Shown: positions 38,082 through 51,790, counted from the first letter of the whole stretch. The stretch: DNA of 63,999 nucleotides, filler included, from Ionaspis alba (GCA_964255285.1; 14 parts of 14 records of this genome joined end to end with filler, not necessarily neighbours in it); one strand, 5' to 3'. The notes: generated from the sequence alone by a model not told the origin. Numbers and translations: made by a program.

Positions 38082-40848
38082 ATGGCTCGGTCATACTACC
38101 AGCCAGTGCTCTCGTTGATATTACTACTGTCGGTGAGCATACAAAATCCCCCGCCCCTATCAACATCAAAGAGCTTCACTGACCAACGGCTGTGACACGT
38201 GCCAGTTACCATCCTCACTCGCCAACCCCATCACCGCCAAAGACCCCCTCCTCGCCGCAACCCGCACCCTTCAATCGCGCGCCCTCCCCGCCGGCTGGAC
38301 ATACCGAGGCTGCTATGTCGACAACGCCTTCGGAGGCCGCATCCTCTCCAACACCCAGCCGGGCAGCAACACCAACACGCAGGAATCCTGCACCCAGGCC
38401 TGTATAAATCTCGGCTACAGCATCGCCGGCGTCGAATATTCCTCGGAATGTTACTGCGGGAATGCAATCATCAATGGCGGAGCCCTTGCTGCCAACGGCG
38501 ACGCTGACTGCAACATGGCTTGCAGTGGTAATGCGGCGGAGAAGTGCGGGGCGGGCAACAGGATGAGCATCTTTGCTACGGGGACGCTGACTTCGAGGGG
38601 TCCGCCAGCGGCCCAGACCGCGGGGTTGCCTGGGGCGTGGCAGTATAAGGGCTGTATTACGTATGTTTTTGCCCTGAACCGGCTTGAGGATTGGATCGTT
38701 GAGCTGACGGTGACGACAGCGAGGGCAACAATATTCGAGCTTTGCCCAACCAGATCATCATGGCTGATACCAATTCCGCAACCAATTGCCTGACTCGCTG
38801 CCAGCAATTCGGGTATGGTGCGGGAGGAATGGAGTATGGCCGCGAGTGCTGTAAGTACAATATCCGATTCTTTTTTTTTACTCATGTTGCTTGAGGTTGC
38901 GTCGTCGAACAAGCTTTCTGTTAGGGTCCGTAATACATCATGCACGTGCGGACACTATGAGGTTTTGAGTTCAAACTCAATCTGTACCAACGATCCTTCA
39001 CACAAAAAGTGTATTGTGCGCTACCCTTTGACTAGCGTCATCATCAATCTCGAGATACTACTTCATTCTTCATCATCCCGTGTTTTACTGTTGTCTCAAG
39101 CAGCACCTCGCTAACGTCGGTATCTAGACTGCGGTGATCCAGCCGATGTCGCATCCTCCGGCTCGGCACCTGCGCCTGCAGGCGACTGCAATGTTGCCTG
39201 TACCGGCGATGGCAACTTTCTCTGTGGCGGTGGAAACAGACTCAGCTACTACACTTGGGGTGGGGCTCCCTTGGCCAACTGGGCAACTCCTACTGGCGGT
39301 GCTGCCGGTCGATACGACTTCATGATCGGAGGTGTCATTATCCCTCTTGTGACGACCCAAGGTGTGAACGGCAAATACGTCTTTACCGAGAAATGGGGCA
39401 CCGGTCCTCCGAACACAACCGGTACTTACGAGCTCGACATTTCGCAAATCAACAACTTCCAAGCTGCATGGAGACCTCTACACGTCAAGACGGATGTTTT
39501 CTGCTCCGCAGGTTTGGTTCTCCCCGATCGGGCCGGCCGTCAAATCAACATCGGAGGATGGTCGGGTGATTCGACTTTCGGAGTCCGTATCTACTGGCCC
39601 GATGGATCCCCCGGCGTCCCAGGTGTCAACGACTGGCAAGAAAACGTCCAAGAGCTCAGGCTGCAAAACGGCCGCTGGTACCCAAGCGCCATGATCATGG
39701 CCAACGGCTCCATTCTCGTCGTCGGTGGCGAACAAGGCTCCAACGGACCCCCCGTCCCGACCCTCGAAATTCTCCCCCGAACCCCTGGCGGCCCCACCAC
39801 CATCTTCCAAGACTGGCTGCAACGCACCGACCCCAACAACCTCTACCCCTTCCTCTCCGTCCTCCCCAGCGGCGGCATCTTCGTCGCCTACTTCAACGAA
39901 TCCCGCATCCTGGACGCCAATACCTTCGCCACCATCAAAACCCTCCCCAGCAGCCCCGGCTCCGTCTCCCAACCCGGCAGCGGCCGCACCTACCCCTTCC
40001 AAGGCACCGCAATGCTCATGCCCCAAATCGCACCGTACAACGACCCCCTCACAATCCTCATCTGCGGCGGCTCCAACCCCGGCGCCGCCCTCGCCCTCGA
40101 CAACTGCGTCTTCACCCAACCCGACGCCCCGAACCCACAATGGACCCTCGAGCGCATGCCCTCCAAGCGCGTCATGCCGTGCATCTCCGCCCTGCCCGAC
40201 GGCACCTATCTGATCCTAAACGGCGCGAAACAAGGCGTCGCCGGCTTCGGGCTCGCCACAAACCCGAACCACAACGCCGTGCTCTACGACCCCACCAAGC
40301 CCGTCGGCTCCCGCATGTCCATCATGGCCAACACCATCGTCGACCGCCTCTACCACTCCGAATCGCTCCTCCTCCAAGACGGCCGCGTCATGGTCTCCGG
40401 CTCGGATCCCCAAGACGGCACCCACCCCCAGGAATACCGCGTCGAGGCTTTCTCCCCGCCCTACCTCCTCAACGGCGCCCGTCGCCCCTCCTACACCATC
40501 ACCAACCGCGATTGGACTTACGGCCAGCAAATCACCATCAATATCCAGACCTTCACGGGCGCTCAGCCGCGCGTTTCGCTCCTCGGCGCTGAGTCCAGCA
40601 CCCATGGCAATAGTATGGGTCAGCGGACGATTTTCCCCGCTGTGACGTGTGGTGGTAATACGTGCACGATCACGGCCCCGCCGAATGCCAATATTTGTCC
40701 CCCTGGCTGGTTCCAGCTTTGGTTGTTGGATGGCCCTACGCCGTCCATGTCGACTTGGGTCAGGATTGGTGGTGATCCGGCGAATTTGGGGAATTGGCCT
40801 GCGTTTGCGGATTTTAAGAAGCCGGGTCTTGGGGGGATTTTGAATTGA
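38082..40848 (+). CDS. Secreted copper radical oxidase (AA5_1, glyoxal oxidase-like) with two N-terminal WSC domains
   Basis: Signal peptide followed by two WSC repeats (GWTYRGCYVD...AGVEYSSECYCG...CSGNAAEKCGAGNR; WQYKGC...GMEYGRECYCGD...CGGGNRLSYY). Catalytic motifs DVFCSAG, RWYPS, NLYPF, RLYHS and STHGN. Three introns, the third at 38851-39127. Confidence 0.93.
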
Positions 40849-43036
40849 TAGGGGGAACTGAACATCATAGGGGGTGGGGGGAGAGATACATAAAGAGGTG
40901 TTTTGGTGGATTATGGAGTTTATGGGCCCCCCCGGACAAGGGAGAGTGATGATGGGGATGATGAGGGAGGCGGCTATCTATGTGTGGGATGTTCGATTCA
41001 ATTAATGATACCTTAGCTGGTCTTTAGTTTGTTTAATCGTTAATGCCTATTCTACCTATTCTACAAAGAATTCTCGAATATGTTTCTTGGGGTTGTGATG
41101 TAGTAGGGTTACGGACGAAAAGGATCCGCCATTCGGGTGCTCAAATGGGTTTTCGTGGCTCGGAGCATTGCTAACGGCTGCTTGCGTATTGGCTCGACCT
41201 GATTCTGAACAGGGGTTTGCCTGGTGATGAGGTCTTGGAGTCACACACGACATGCTGCTTTCTTGCGGAAGTGCTGATGCCGTGAGAGGTGGGACGACAG
41301 GTGTCAGGTTCGGAAGAAAATGAATGTTCGTCCCATGTTCGTTGTGGGACTTCAGAGGCGCGGAGGGCATGCTGTGGCACGAGGGTCGCGAAGTCTTGGG
41401 TACTTGCAGCGTTTCCGAGGTTGTCGGTGGCTAGGAGCTTTGTAGTTGGGTATCCCGCGAATACTGCGAGGAGTTGGCTCCGAGCCAACGGGTGTCATGA
41501 TTATCTACGGTACTTTCGACCAAGACAATAGCTCGATATGTGGGGGGTGGAAAGAATGTGGCAGTCCATTGGATGCTGAAAAGGACCTTGGGATGCTAGC
41601 ACTCGAGTCTATAGATCTTTCGTCAACCTGAATGAGCTGTAAGAGTCTCTCGCTGGAGACGAAGGTACTTCGAACTCGAGACTAGAAATTCGCTCATCAG
41701 GAATGGCCCAATCAATACCAAGATCAGTCTCCGGTGTAGAATTGTCCCGTCCTGTTGAAGCAGACACTCACGTCACCAATCATTCTCCCTGGTTCTCCTA
41801 ATTGTCCACATATCCACCTGAGGCGGAGTCCCAATTTTTGATGTTTATCCTTGTAAGAACTCTTGGCAACCTCTCCTATCTTTTCCAGATACGCGTNNNN
41901 NNNNNNNNNNNNNNNNNNNNNNNNNNNNNNNNNNNNNNNNTTAATTAATTAANNNNNNNNNNNNNNNNNNNNNNNNNNNNNNNNNNNNNNNNNNNNGGTG
42001 TGGAGGGAGTGCATTTTGGTGCGGGAGGGGATGGATTGGGAGTTGTGGAAGGGAAAAGATGGGGGGTTGAGAGAATGTGTTTGGTTTTGGAGTGGAAAGT
42101 TGGAGAAGTGAGTATGAGTGAGTGTGGTTTGATGATGGATTGTAGAAGGGGGAGAGGGGCTCATATATAGTGTTTTGGGCATGGGACATGTGATGCTTGT
42201 GGTTGTTGGGGAGATTGGGGGAACGAGGGAGAAGTGGCGATCGTGAGTATGGGATTGTGGATCATGGATGCGAGTATTGAATGATAGTGGCGAAATATTT
42301 AGCGTTTATAGAATTCTAGCTTTTTGGGATGTCGCAGGTCGCGTGATGACGGGAGGTGCTGTGAATAGCCACGGTATGAGCTTACTTGACTCGCGTAGAA
42401 AGGGGAGAAGAGAGCGCGGAGGGACGCTTGTGGGTTGGAAATTGGGGAAGGAGGAGTCGAGATGGAAGAGGAGCCGTGGATGAGCACGGTAGTGCGTGGA
42501 GAGAGTTTTGCTAGAGTTGATGGAAAATGCTTGGTAGAGATTATGAGATCTTGGTACACAAGTCATGAATCTGGGTACACGATTAAGGGATCCACAGCAG
42601 ATCTGGTCACAAGACTCCGAAAACATGCTCTGTATGAATGAAAAGTGGTGATCCACGGGAAAGAATTCAATTGACCAGGAAGTCGCGGAAGGGACAAGAG
42701 AGATCAGAAGGCTAGAAGCTTGATTTGGAAGTAGACATGTCTGAACCCGTCCACGAGAAGAAAACGATAACCATGCACAATACAAGAGGTCCTCTTTCGG
42801 CAAAGACAATGAGAAGACACTATAGAATGTGTTTAGCTATGAATTAAAGTGTATTTCCCCACAAAACCTACATGTGTCAAACATGTGCAAGCGCCACTGA
42901 CGGCACGAGTCTTCGACGCCAGATTCCCAAGCCCAAAGCTTCCTCGAAGTACTCGCCCATCTACCCAGTCTTAGACCTTCGTCGCATGGCCTCTCCAATG
43001 CGATTGTACAGTCTGGAACCCACCTAAGACCTCTCG

Positions 43037-45159
43037 TCACTCCCCCATGCCCCACTCATCATCATAACCCGGCCACCTAGGCGGGGCTCCAAATCCCGGA
43101 CCGCCATCTTCGTCTTTGCCCTTCCCCTCCCCGTCTCCTTTCTCTTCACCAGTCCCCTCTCCATCATCTCCAACCACAGCCCTCCCTCCACCGCCCCTGA
43201 TATTAGCACTCCCACTCTTCCCCACAAAATTGATCACTCCCTCCCCATCACCCACAACCCCCTTCACGGACCTACTTCCCTGCACGACCTGCATACCGGG
43301 CCAATTTACATTAATACTTCCCGAGGACGTCTCCCCCTCCAGCGTGCCCTCCCACTCCGCCGGATACGCCAGATTCAAACTGCCAGAGACATACTTGTGG
43401 TTCGCAAACAGCTTGGTCATACGCTCGCCTAGATGCTCGGGCGGAGAAAGCACAGTCAGGCGGGTGGTGCCGGAGCTTGTGTCGGTAGAAATGTCCGACT
43501 GATCGAGGGTGTAGGGGGATAGGGAAGCGTAGATGGAGCCGGAATTGCTGGAAAGGGAGGTGCGGGAGCCGTGGATGAGGGCCAGGTCGAGAGAGCCGGA
43601 GCCGCCGACGATAGTGGTTCGGTAGTCGCGGGGAGGAATTGCAGCCGTAAGGGTATGGGAGCCGAAGGAGGGGGAGAGAATGGGGGTATTGATGTGGATG
43701 GAGCCGGAGTTGGTGTGGACGTCCAGGGTTGCGGGTTTGGGACTTGTGGTTGAGACGTTTTGAGGGGTTAGGGAGATGGCGATGGAGCCGCTGGAGGTGG
43801 TAATGCGGAGGAGGTCGTAGAGCGGGTAGGTGCCGTGGATGGAGCCGGAGGTTGTGGTTAGGATTATTTCGCGGGAGGAGAGGGAGGATCCGAGGAGGGA
43901 GGGGGTTGAGGGGAAGATGATGGTGTTGGAGCTGGCTTGGATGGAGAGAGTGGTTGTGTGGAAGGAAAGTCCTGGGTGGAAGGTTACGGAGAGGGTTTGG
44001 GTTTGGATGGTGAAGCTGTTGAGGTGGGTACGAGGCGAGACCCAGATTGTGACGACGAGATCCATGCAGGGACGGGACCAGCTGCTACCCGAAGAGGAGG
44101 AGGTGATGTGGCTGGGTGTGGAGAGCGTGGTTTTGTCGTTGTCGAATTTGATTGAGGTATCTTTTATCAGTGCTGAATCGGAGTAGCGAAGGTTTACGTC
44201 AATCCGGATCGCGGAGTCGAGGTCGTAGGTCGCTGGCCTTATGTGGATTTCTCCTGAGGTTTGCACTTGGGTCCAGGAGGCCCCTCGAATGGTGTTTGAG
44301 CTGCTGACTAGCTGGAGGAACGTGAATTCGGAGGGGTCAGCTAAGCCGAAGCTGGCACCGCCAGTGTGACCTGCAGGACACGATGAAGGCCAGTGACCTG
44401 GAGCAGGATCGAAACCTGGCTGGGGAATGATCGGAGTCTTGGTTGAATCCTACTTAGGGTCAGTGACGCAGCAAGAAAGAGGCAGGGAAAATTGAGGATG
44501 CTGACATGATGGTTTCGATCGAGCAAGAATGTATCGAGTATGAAACCAATGCCAATGATCAAGGATACCAGAATTATGAGGAACTTTGCAATTGAGTAAG
44601 TATTATTTGTGATCCGGTTCCACAATTGTCTCTTCCATCCTTCCTCTCTACGCCAGTTCTCAGCTAGCAAAGGATCTCCACCCAGGTCCTGAGGCTGATT
44701 GCTGCTCGGGAGGAAGATCTCAGGTCTTCCCATGTTGCTATGTGGGGCAGGTCTACTATTCTCAGAAGCGGAAGATCTCGATCCGGATCGAGCAAAGGGT
44801 CTGTCTGAGGTAGCAGCTGAATATGTAGGCGGTGCAGAAGGCAACAGTGGAGTAGCTTCGGTGACGGCCTCGTCTTCAAACACGGGATCAATTCTCCTCC
44901 TGCTGCTGGGTGTAGAAGGAGGACTATGTTGAGACTGTCTTCTTGACGCCGCACCAGCTTCACTTGCACGACTTGCTTCTCCCTCTTGGCGTGCCTCTTG
45001 TGCCTTGTCGGAGTTCGAGTCTGATAATGCCTGGGACGGATCAGGTATCAGGACATCTTGGGGATGGTTTCGACCGTTGAAATAGCCATCGGTCGGGCTG
45101 AGCTCTTCCGATAGAGATTCGTCGTCTGAGTCACCATACAGACCTGTATTTGACGGCAT
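43037..45159 (-). CDS. Type II membrane protein with DUF4097/adhesin-like beta-repeat domain
   Basis: Disordered N-terminus (LSPTDGYF, PY-like APPTYS) and one TM segment (FLIILVSLIIGIGFIL). Intron 44450-44505, then repeated TTSGSI/TSSGSI/TNSGSI motifs and YPAEWEG. Confidence 0.7.
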
Positions 45160-46411
45160 TGCGACAGAGGACTCGTCCTTGGTGTAAGACGTCGTAAGAC
45201 AGGTCGTGGGCCAAGTGGTCCCTCTATAGAGTCGGGAGTGACGAGAAAAGGTACGTATGGGGAGGAGGCAATGGTTTAAGGCAGTTGTACCTGAGGTTCC
45301 ACAGAGCCCATCAGGACGACTATCGCAATTGATCGTAGGGCCGCTTCCATGTGCGAGTTTTTGGGCCCCACGGTGAAGAACATGCTGCCGCCCCGCATCG
45401 AATTAGCTACCCCTCTGAGAAGCATTGGATATCGCTATCTCCGGCTGCGGTATGCCGGTGGGCTGAATGGATTTGATTGGCCGCAGAGCTTATGCCTAGT
45501 GCTCGAAGGATTCCCAATTGACGCGAGTCAGAGTCGTGGATCGACAGTTGACGTCGATAATTCTGCTGATTACGAATCCTGTGATGTAGGATTTTGACCT
45601 CTCGCGCAGGCGGTTGCGCGTTAAGCAAGGCATGACTGAATGCTGGGAACGGTCTGGATCACGAAGTGGTATCGAATGAGAGTGTGCAATTGCCTTTGCT
45701 CTCCTCAGGACACTATCGATCCATAGCTTTTCAACATCAAAGCCCTCTCGCTTTCAGCTATCAAAAATGCTATAACCCAAATGGCTAACCAGCAGGGAGA
45801 GGATACGAATTAGATCCATAAAGTTGTTAACGGGAATCCGTCTCCGGTTCAAGCGGTTCTCCTATAAATCTCCCACCGTTGCAACGGGGGCAATTTCGCA
45901 CCCGAGATGCATGTACTCATTCCGGACTGTTCTTTTTGCCCCTAGAGAGAGATACCAACTTCAATTCTTCGTGATAACAGCACGCGATAATTGTATATGC
46001 TCCTAAACATAAATTTAATTATAACCAAAGTTCGAGACCACCGGCCAAAAAACAGAAGCGGCATCTATGTATCGCTTAATAAGATCTGTTAATCTGCGTG
46101 CCCCGTTAATCCAAAATTCAATTAACACGAACCAAACCGCCCTCAATCTGAAGCTCGGGACTACCGGACAATACCCGAAGCACCCTCTATCCAATGCTCG
46201 GTCGAATCTGCTAATCGACGTGCCGCGGATTTCAAACGGCTCGCCGCGCTCGATCTAGAACCTCGTCCTCTCAAAGGACTAGATCAAGACTGATATTCGT
46301 ACCACTGGCCCCCGCACCAAGCCATCCATTTCTGGTGCTCGGGGAAATATTGGCCTTGAACCCACTGCTGGCCGTTCCACCATTCTGGGTGTCCCTGTGC
46401 GTTTGATCGCC

Positions 46412-46518
46412 ATGTCAACTTCGTTGTCGCAAGCTGAGCACTTTGAGACTGAGTATTCTGAATGGTTTGAGCAGCCTGAGAGCTGGAGCTTTCCGCGACA
46501 GGGACCTGAACTTGTCCG
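46412..46518 (+). CDS. Possible start of an unidentified gene, cut by the contig end
   Basis: GCCATG context and an open frame MSTSLSQAEHFETEYSEWFEQPESWSFPRQGPELV running to the contig end. Too short to identify. Confidence 0.25.
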
Positions 46519-46618
46519 NNNNNNNNNNNNNNNNNNNNNNNNNNNNNNNNNNNNNNNNNNNNTTAATTAATTAANNNNNNNNNNNNNNNNNNNNNNNNNN
46601 NNNNNNNNNNNNNNNNNN

Positions 46619-48950
46619 TCGTTGTGAGGTAGCTCGTTGGCCAATGTACAGGTCGACATCGTCAAGCGCTTGTCACCTACTGTAGCATCGCAGTGAAGAT
46701 GGCACGTCCTCCTGTCTGGAAGGAGCGGGTAAACAAAGCAAATGACCGGTCGATCCATGTTTTCAGATGTTGTAAAACCTGCTGCTCGTTCTCCAGCAAC
46801 ACCCTCTCATCAATGATGTTGTCAAACAGGCTGGTTGGCAGAGCCTATATGATAGAAGGCAGAGCCGCAAAGGGATAAGGCATGAGTCCCAGGGGATAGA
46901 CTTCTCGGAGGAAAGTTTAATGGCATCACGCGCGGGAACTAAGGAATAGCAGGAGTGATCCGACACGCTTAATGTAGTTGGTTTATCCTTGTTGTACTAA
47001 GATCGCGTCCGCTGCTCAACGTCAATCGTTCATCAGAGGCAGTAGAGAGCCATTGAAACCGAAAAGAATTGTTGATATGAAGTGCTCTTCTATGAACGTA
47101 AGCTAAAACATAGCACCACCCAAACAGATCTCACTGTCAGCAGTGACAAAAAGAAGAATAAATGCTAAAGATGTTTGAGGGGAGAAGGTATGTAAAACCG
47201 AAATGACAATCCTTAACCACGACGCTCTCAAGTTCACCCTGTCCACGTCGGGCCTACTGACTTCACTTTGAATAGCTTTCCTCTCATCAAGAAGTATTCA
47301 TGAGATCAGCCACTCCCCCCTTGGCCATTCGTCCATCTTGATGGTGATGTTGATATTGTGATGTTCTCGCTGTGCCGAGATATCGTTGTAATATGGTCAA
47401 AGGTGAGTACCGTGGCTATCGCCATCAACTTGCCACAGAAGATGATTGATGACATCAATTGAGGACCTTTCTCGTGTTGTATCCGAGAGCCAAGCGTATA
47501 CCATGTTGGACAAGGTTTCTCGACTTCTGCGAAACTCGATCTCTCGTAGATCGAGGGCAGCTTGGAAATTCATGAGGTCCAACTGCCGTCTGAGTAACTG
47601 CAGATAGAATCAGCCTCAAGAGTCTTGGAGACCTGCCACTGTAATATACCTGTCCGGCCGTATACATTATTGCTTCGTCTTTGATGTTTTGCATAATAAC
47701 GGCAGCGGATGTCGTTCGCAAATGGGACGATTGAGTTATAGATGAAAGGTAGGATCAAGGTCTGTTTCTTTTGACTTTCGATATCGCTGGAGAATCCTTT
47801 GCGGATCTGGAGCAGGAATATCGTGATTCTGATTGAGTGCAATTGCTGCACTACTCTGTTCAAAATATGTCAGTCTGGTCCTATGACAACGAAGGTTTTC
47901 ATCAATGGTAAAGACTATCGCACGTATCTAGTGAACTAGACAGAAACTGCGTTGAAACCTCTCGGTCCAATGCTGATGAGCTAAGGAATCTTGGACTTGC
48001 TTACTGCGGACTTGATGCCAGTTGATAAAGGTACTGGTCGAGCGAGTGGAAAGATTTCTTGGTGCGTAGGGGAGTAGATGTACCACGGCGCGGAGCAGGA
48101 TGAAAAACAATGTGCGAGCAAGCAATTAATGACTCCTTACGCGAATGGAAGTCGAATGGCCGGTACGGGTCTCTGCATCGTTGTCTGAGCCAGACGTTAT
48201 GCTCAGCGTCAGTAAAGACGGTAGGGGATAAGTTTTCGGAGTCTGCAGTGGTTGATGCCGACGCGACAGCACCAGGGACTTGTTTGTCAGACTCGATAGC
48301 AGGACACACTTTGTGAAACCCCTATTCCGATCTGATCAACGGTTGGAGTACTGAGAGACAAACATTATTTGTCGAAAGCTTGATGGGTTAGGGATTGCGT
48401 GCCTTCGCACCGTCCAGGACGACCGGCCATGTAGTTGTGGTCCGGGGAAGGCGGACCGCCGCCGCGCCCTCGAGTATCTTTTTCTCCCTGCCTTGGGTTG
48501 AGCGGCAAGAGACTTCTCTTTGTGGATCCGCGGTATTCATCCTTGTCATGTGCTTCAGGCCTTCGTTCGGGGTCTGGTATCGCCTACTCCTTTTTTCGTC
48601 TCCATGAAAGGTACAGACTACCGGCTGGAGAACGTTGTTACAAAAATGCCAGTAATAGAATGAGTCGAAAGAACGAGCTGGTCGTGTTTGCTCCTGGCCG
48701 CACCATCCACCCACCTAAAGGCACTTCAGCCGTTAAGCGATTTGCGTTGGCAAGGGTAGGGTTCTGCGAGTCCTGGGCGTCCACTCGGAAACTTCGAATC
48801 CTTTCCGTGTTGATCGAATACCGTGTCACTCAAACAGGCTTCACGGCAAGCATAATAGTTGTCACTAAGGCGGATGGTACTCTGCATTTCCGGGCACGTG
48901 CAAGTGTCGATTGTTAGATTGCTAAGATCCCAACGATGCCATGGATATTA
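46619..48950 (-). pseudogene. Possible degraded coding sequence of unknown family
   Basis: Protein-like minus-strand segments are interrupted by isolated stops (e.g. ...DSHGTHL*PYYND...GEWLIS*ILLDERK). An intron-like GTAAGC lies near 48004. No intact ORF or recognisable domain. Confidence 0.3.
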
Positions 48951-51232
48951 GGAGCGAACGGATGCAGGAGTCTCATGAGACATGTCATTATGCTAAACGT
49001 GCAGATAGTCGACCTTGGTTGAGCTAGCCAGGGGCGAGGGCGAACGTTGATCACCGCATCAACGGCGTGTCCTTTCTCGTCGATCAGTGTCAGACATGAC
49101 TATTCTCCATTTGGCCATGCAGGGCGCTTCGGACCAGTTTACTATGTACACGGAGCAGGATGTGTGTCCCACCGGAACCGTTCCCGGAGGGCTGAAGAGC
49201 CATTTGTGAAAGAAGGCAACGGCTTGGCGCGGCTCAAGCAGAAATCAGGCCTGTAGTTTGCCTGAAAAGCAACAGAGGAGTATGAGGAGCACGTATTCTC
49301 CATTGGCTGCTAATATCTGGGAGTAGATCACATAAACTTTGAGGCATATCCAGCTCTTTCGTCGGCCTACAAGATCATGCAAGATTCTCCATGGCCAAGC
49401 AGTTGTGGAACGAGATTCGATAACATGCGCTCGATATATAGTATTATTTTAACAGGAGACTAACTTGTAAGGCAAGTTTACAAAGAGCCAATGGCTCCAT
49501 TAACGGTTTTCTATTGGAGCCTAATCACCCACACCACACTCGAAGGGAGTCTCCAATGGAACCAATATCCGACGAGGTGTGGACCATCCCTTCCTCGCCT
49601 TGCTGTCCGCACAACTAGATCAGGTATGGGATAACCACAATGCGGAGACTTTTCCCAGCCTAATTTCGGCCAATATGCAAGCCCAGTAGGACGGTAAGCA
49701 TTATTATGAGACCTGCAGATGTGACATTACCACTCGTGCTGGCGCTAAAGCAAAGCCCCTGGGGCGCAATGCCCGACCGACGNNNNNNNNNNNNNNNNNN
49801 NNNNNNNNNNNNNNNNNNNNNNNNNNNNNNNNNNNNNNNNNNNNNNNNNNNNNNNNNNNNNNNNNNNNNNNNNNNNNNNNNNGCATCCTACCAAACAACC
49901 TTTATCCAGGAGCGAAGACTTGAATATCTAATATCTTCACTTGGCCGCAGATGTGCTTAAGAATCGAAAAGGCTTGGGGTTATATGAATGGCGGCCTATA
50001 GCCCCCCAACAACTTTAGAGGGATGATAGCAATTAGGGTTCAATTTCACTTGAGAATCTGCTTCCCTTAAATACACTCCTCCACCAAGCTCTCATGACTC
50101 ACATCTAAGCCCAAGCACCCAGTACTCGCAGCACATGCCATCCTACCCCACAGCCCTCACCTCCCAAAAAAAAATCATGATGTCGACCACTCCCCTCTCC
50201 ATCTCCCAAGCCCATCCACAATCACTCAACCATCCTTCCAAGCCCCCCAATTAGACACTCTCAAATGAAAAATCCCCCCTCGTGACTCACGTCGAACGCG
50301 TTGGTGTGGCATCCATCACCGTCCGACCGCGAAGAATCATGACGTCTGTGGCTAGCGTCGGAACGCGCAATCACATGATAGGAGCCCTAAGCCGAGCCAG
50401 TAGCGTGCTTGCTTTGTTATCCGACCGGGGGGAAAAGAGGGATCCACCCACATGCTATGGTTGCATACGAGGTTGTGGATGGAGGAAAGCGCGGGGTAAG
50501 GAGCGGTTTTTGCGATTTCGAGTTGAATCGTCCGATTTGGATGCTGAATGATTATTAGGGGCTTTGCTGGGCGCTACGACGGGATTATGTATTTGTTTGC
50601 GATGGACCTCGGCTGGAGGGGGCTTCGCCAAGGCTTTGTCAAAGGGGGGGAAATTACCGATTTTGCGATTAATCTGTTGTGGAAGGACTTAGCGACGAAT
50701 GAGCTTTGACGAATTGCTCGAACAGATCGGTTCATTATCTCTGAGATCTGAACCTAGCATATACTATACTTGCGAAAAAATCCACAGATGAGAAAAGACC
50801 ACGGCAAATCACGTTTAAAAACCGTGAATAGCATATATCAACACCCTTTCCGCCGTAAATAATGCCGTCCATAGAAGTACAATTCCATCCCACCTTTTAG
50901 CCACGAACTCCGCCAGCCATACATACAAACGCCGTGGTATACCCTTCACATTCCCAATCATCCCAGTCCATCAAGACACCATATTGCCTTCCCAACCAAC
51001 ACCCGGTCAGCGCCTCCCTGCCCATTCCGCCCTACCATCTTTCCCAGACAACTCCATGCCCATCTCCTCATTCAGCCTCCCAACTCCTCACAACCCAGCC
51101 CTCATCCCACCATGCCCTCCACCCTCCCTACCNNNNNNNNNNNNNNNNNNNNNNNNNNNNNNNNNNNNNNNNNNNNTTAATTAATTAANNNNNNNNNNNN
51201 NNNNNNNNNNNNNNNNNNNNNNNNNNNNNNNN

Positions 51233-51790
51233 GTATCTTTTAGCTCTTTTTGTATGAACGGAAAAGGAATGTTTATTGCTCTGCTCGGTCTCTCATCATG
51301 CTTGATCGGCTTTTCTGAGACTAAGGTTTGGGCATTATAGAACCGGTTGACGTATTAAACGTCCAACATCAAATATTATATACTAGCATTTTCACAAACA
51401 GTGCATTTTTTGGTATTCAATTTTACTCATAGCCCCACTAAATTTATATAATAATTTAAATAACTTCAAAAATTATCCTAATAACACGTTAATTCTCACG
51501 GTTATTTTTTACATATTAATTATAAAATTTATATTCAGTTTTAATTTCGTAATAAACTTCGTTTTTATTTTTACATTTCGGATTAAAAATTTTACGTTTT
51601 TTTATTTTTATAATAACGCTCCGACATTGAATATAGATTCTATAATTAATGTATATAAAATAATCGAAAAAATTATATGTTGTTAGGGTGATTTTTGAAA
51701 TTGCTCAAATTGCTATACAAATTTGGTGGGGCGGTGAGTAAAATTGAGTGTCAAAAAAATACACCGTTTGTGAAAACGCTAATATCAAGA
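51233..51790. repeat. AT-rich relic, probably a RIP-degraded transposon fragment
   Basis: Abrupt, very AT-rich block rich in TpA with several CpG retained, unlike the roughly 50% GC flanks. No ORF. Confidence 0.6.

Noticed and set aside
38851..39127. TPP riboswitch, hammerhead ribozyme, C/D snoRNA or stwintron in the long intron
   Set aside because: By eye I found no TPP core, CUGAUGA/GAAA core, clear box C/D pair or nested donor. Only the generic stem is retained as a finding.
39478..40605. Long antisense and alternative-frame ORFs over the oxidase, bli-4, kinase and areA genes
   Set aside because: Explained by strong C/G third-position bias that removes stop codons in other frames. No protein signatures.
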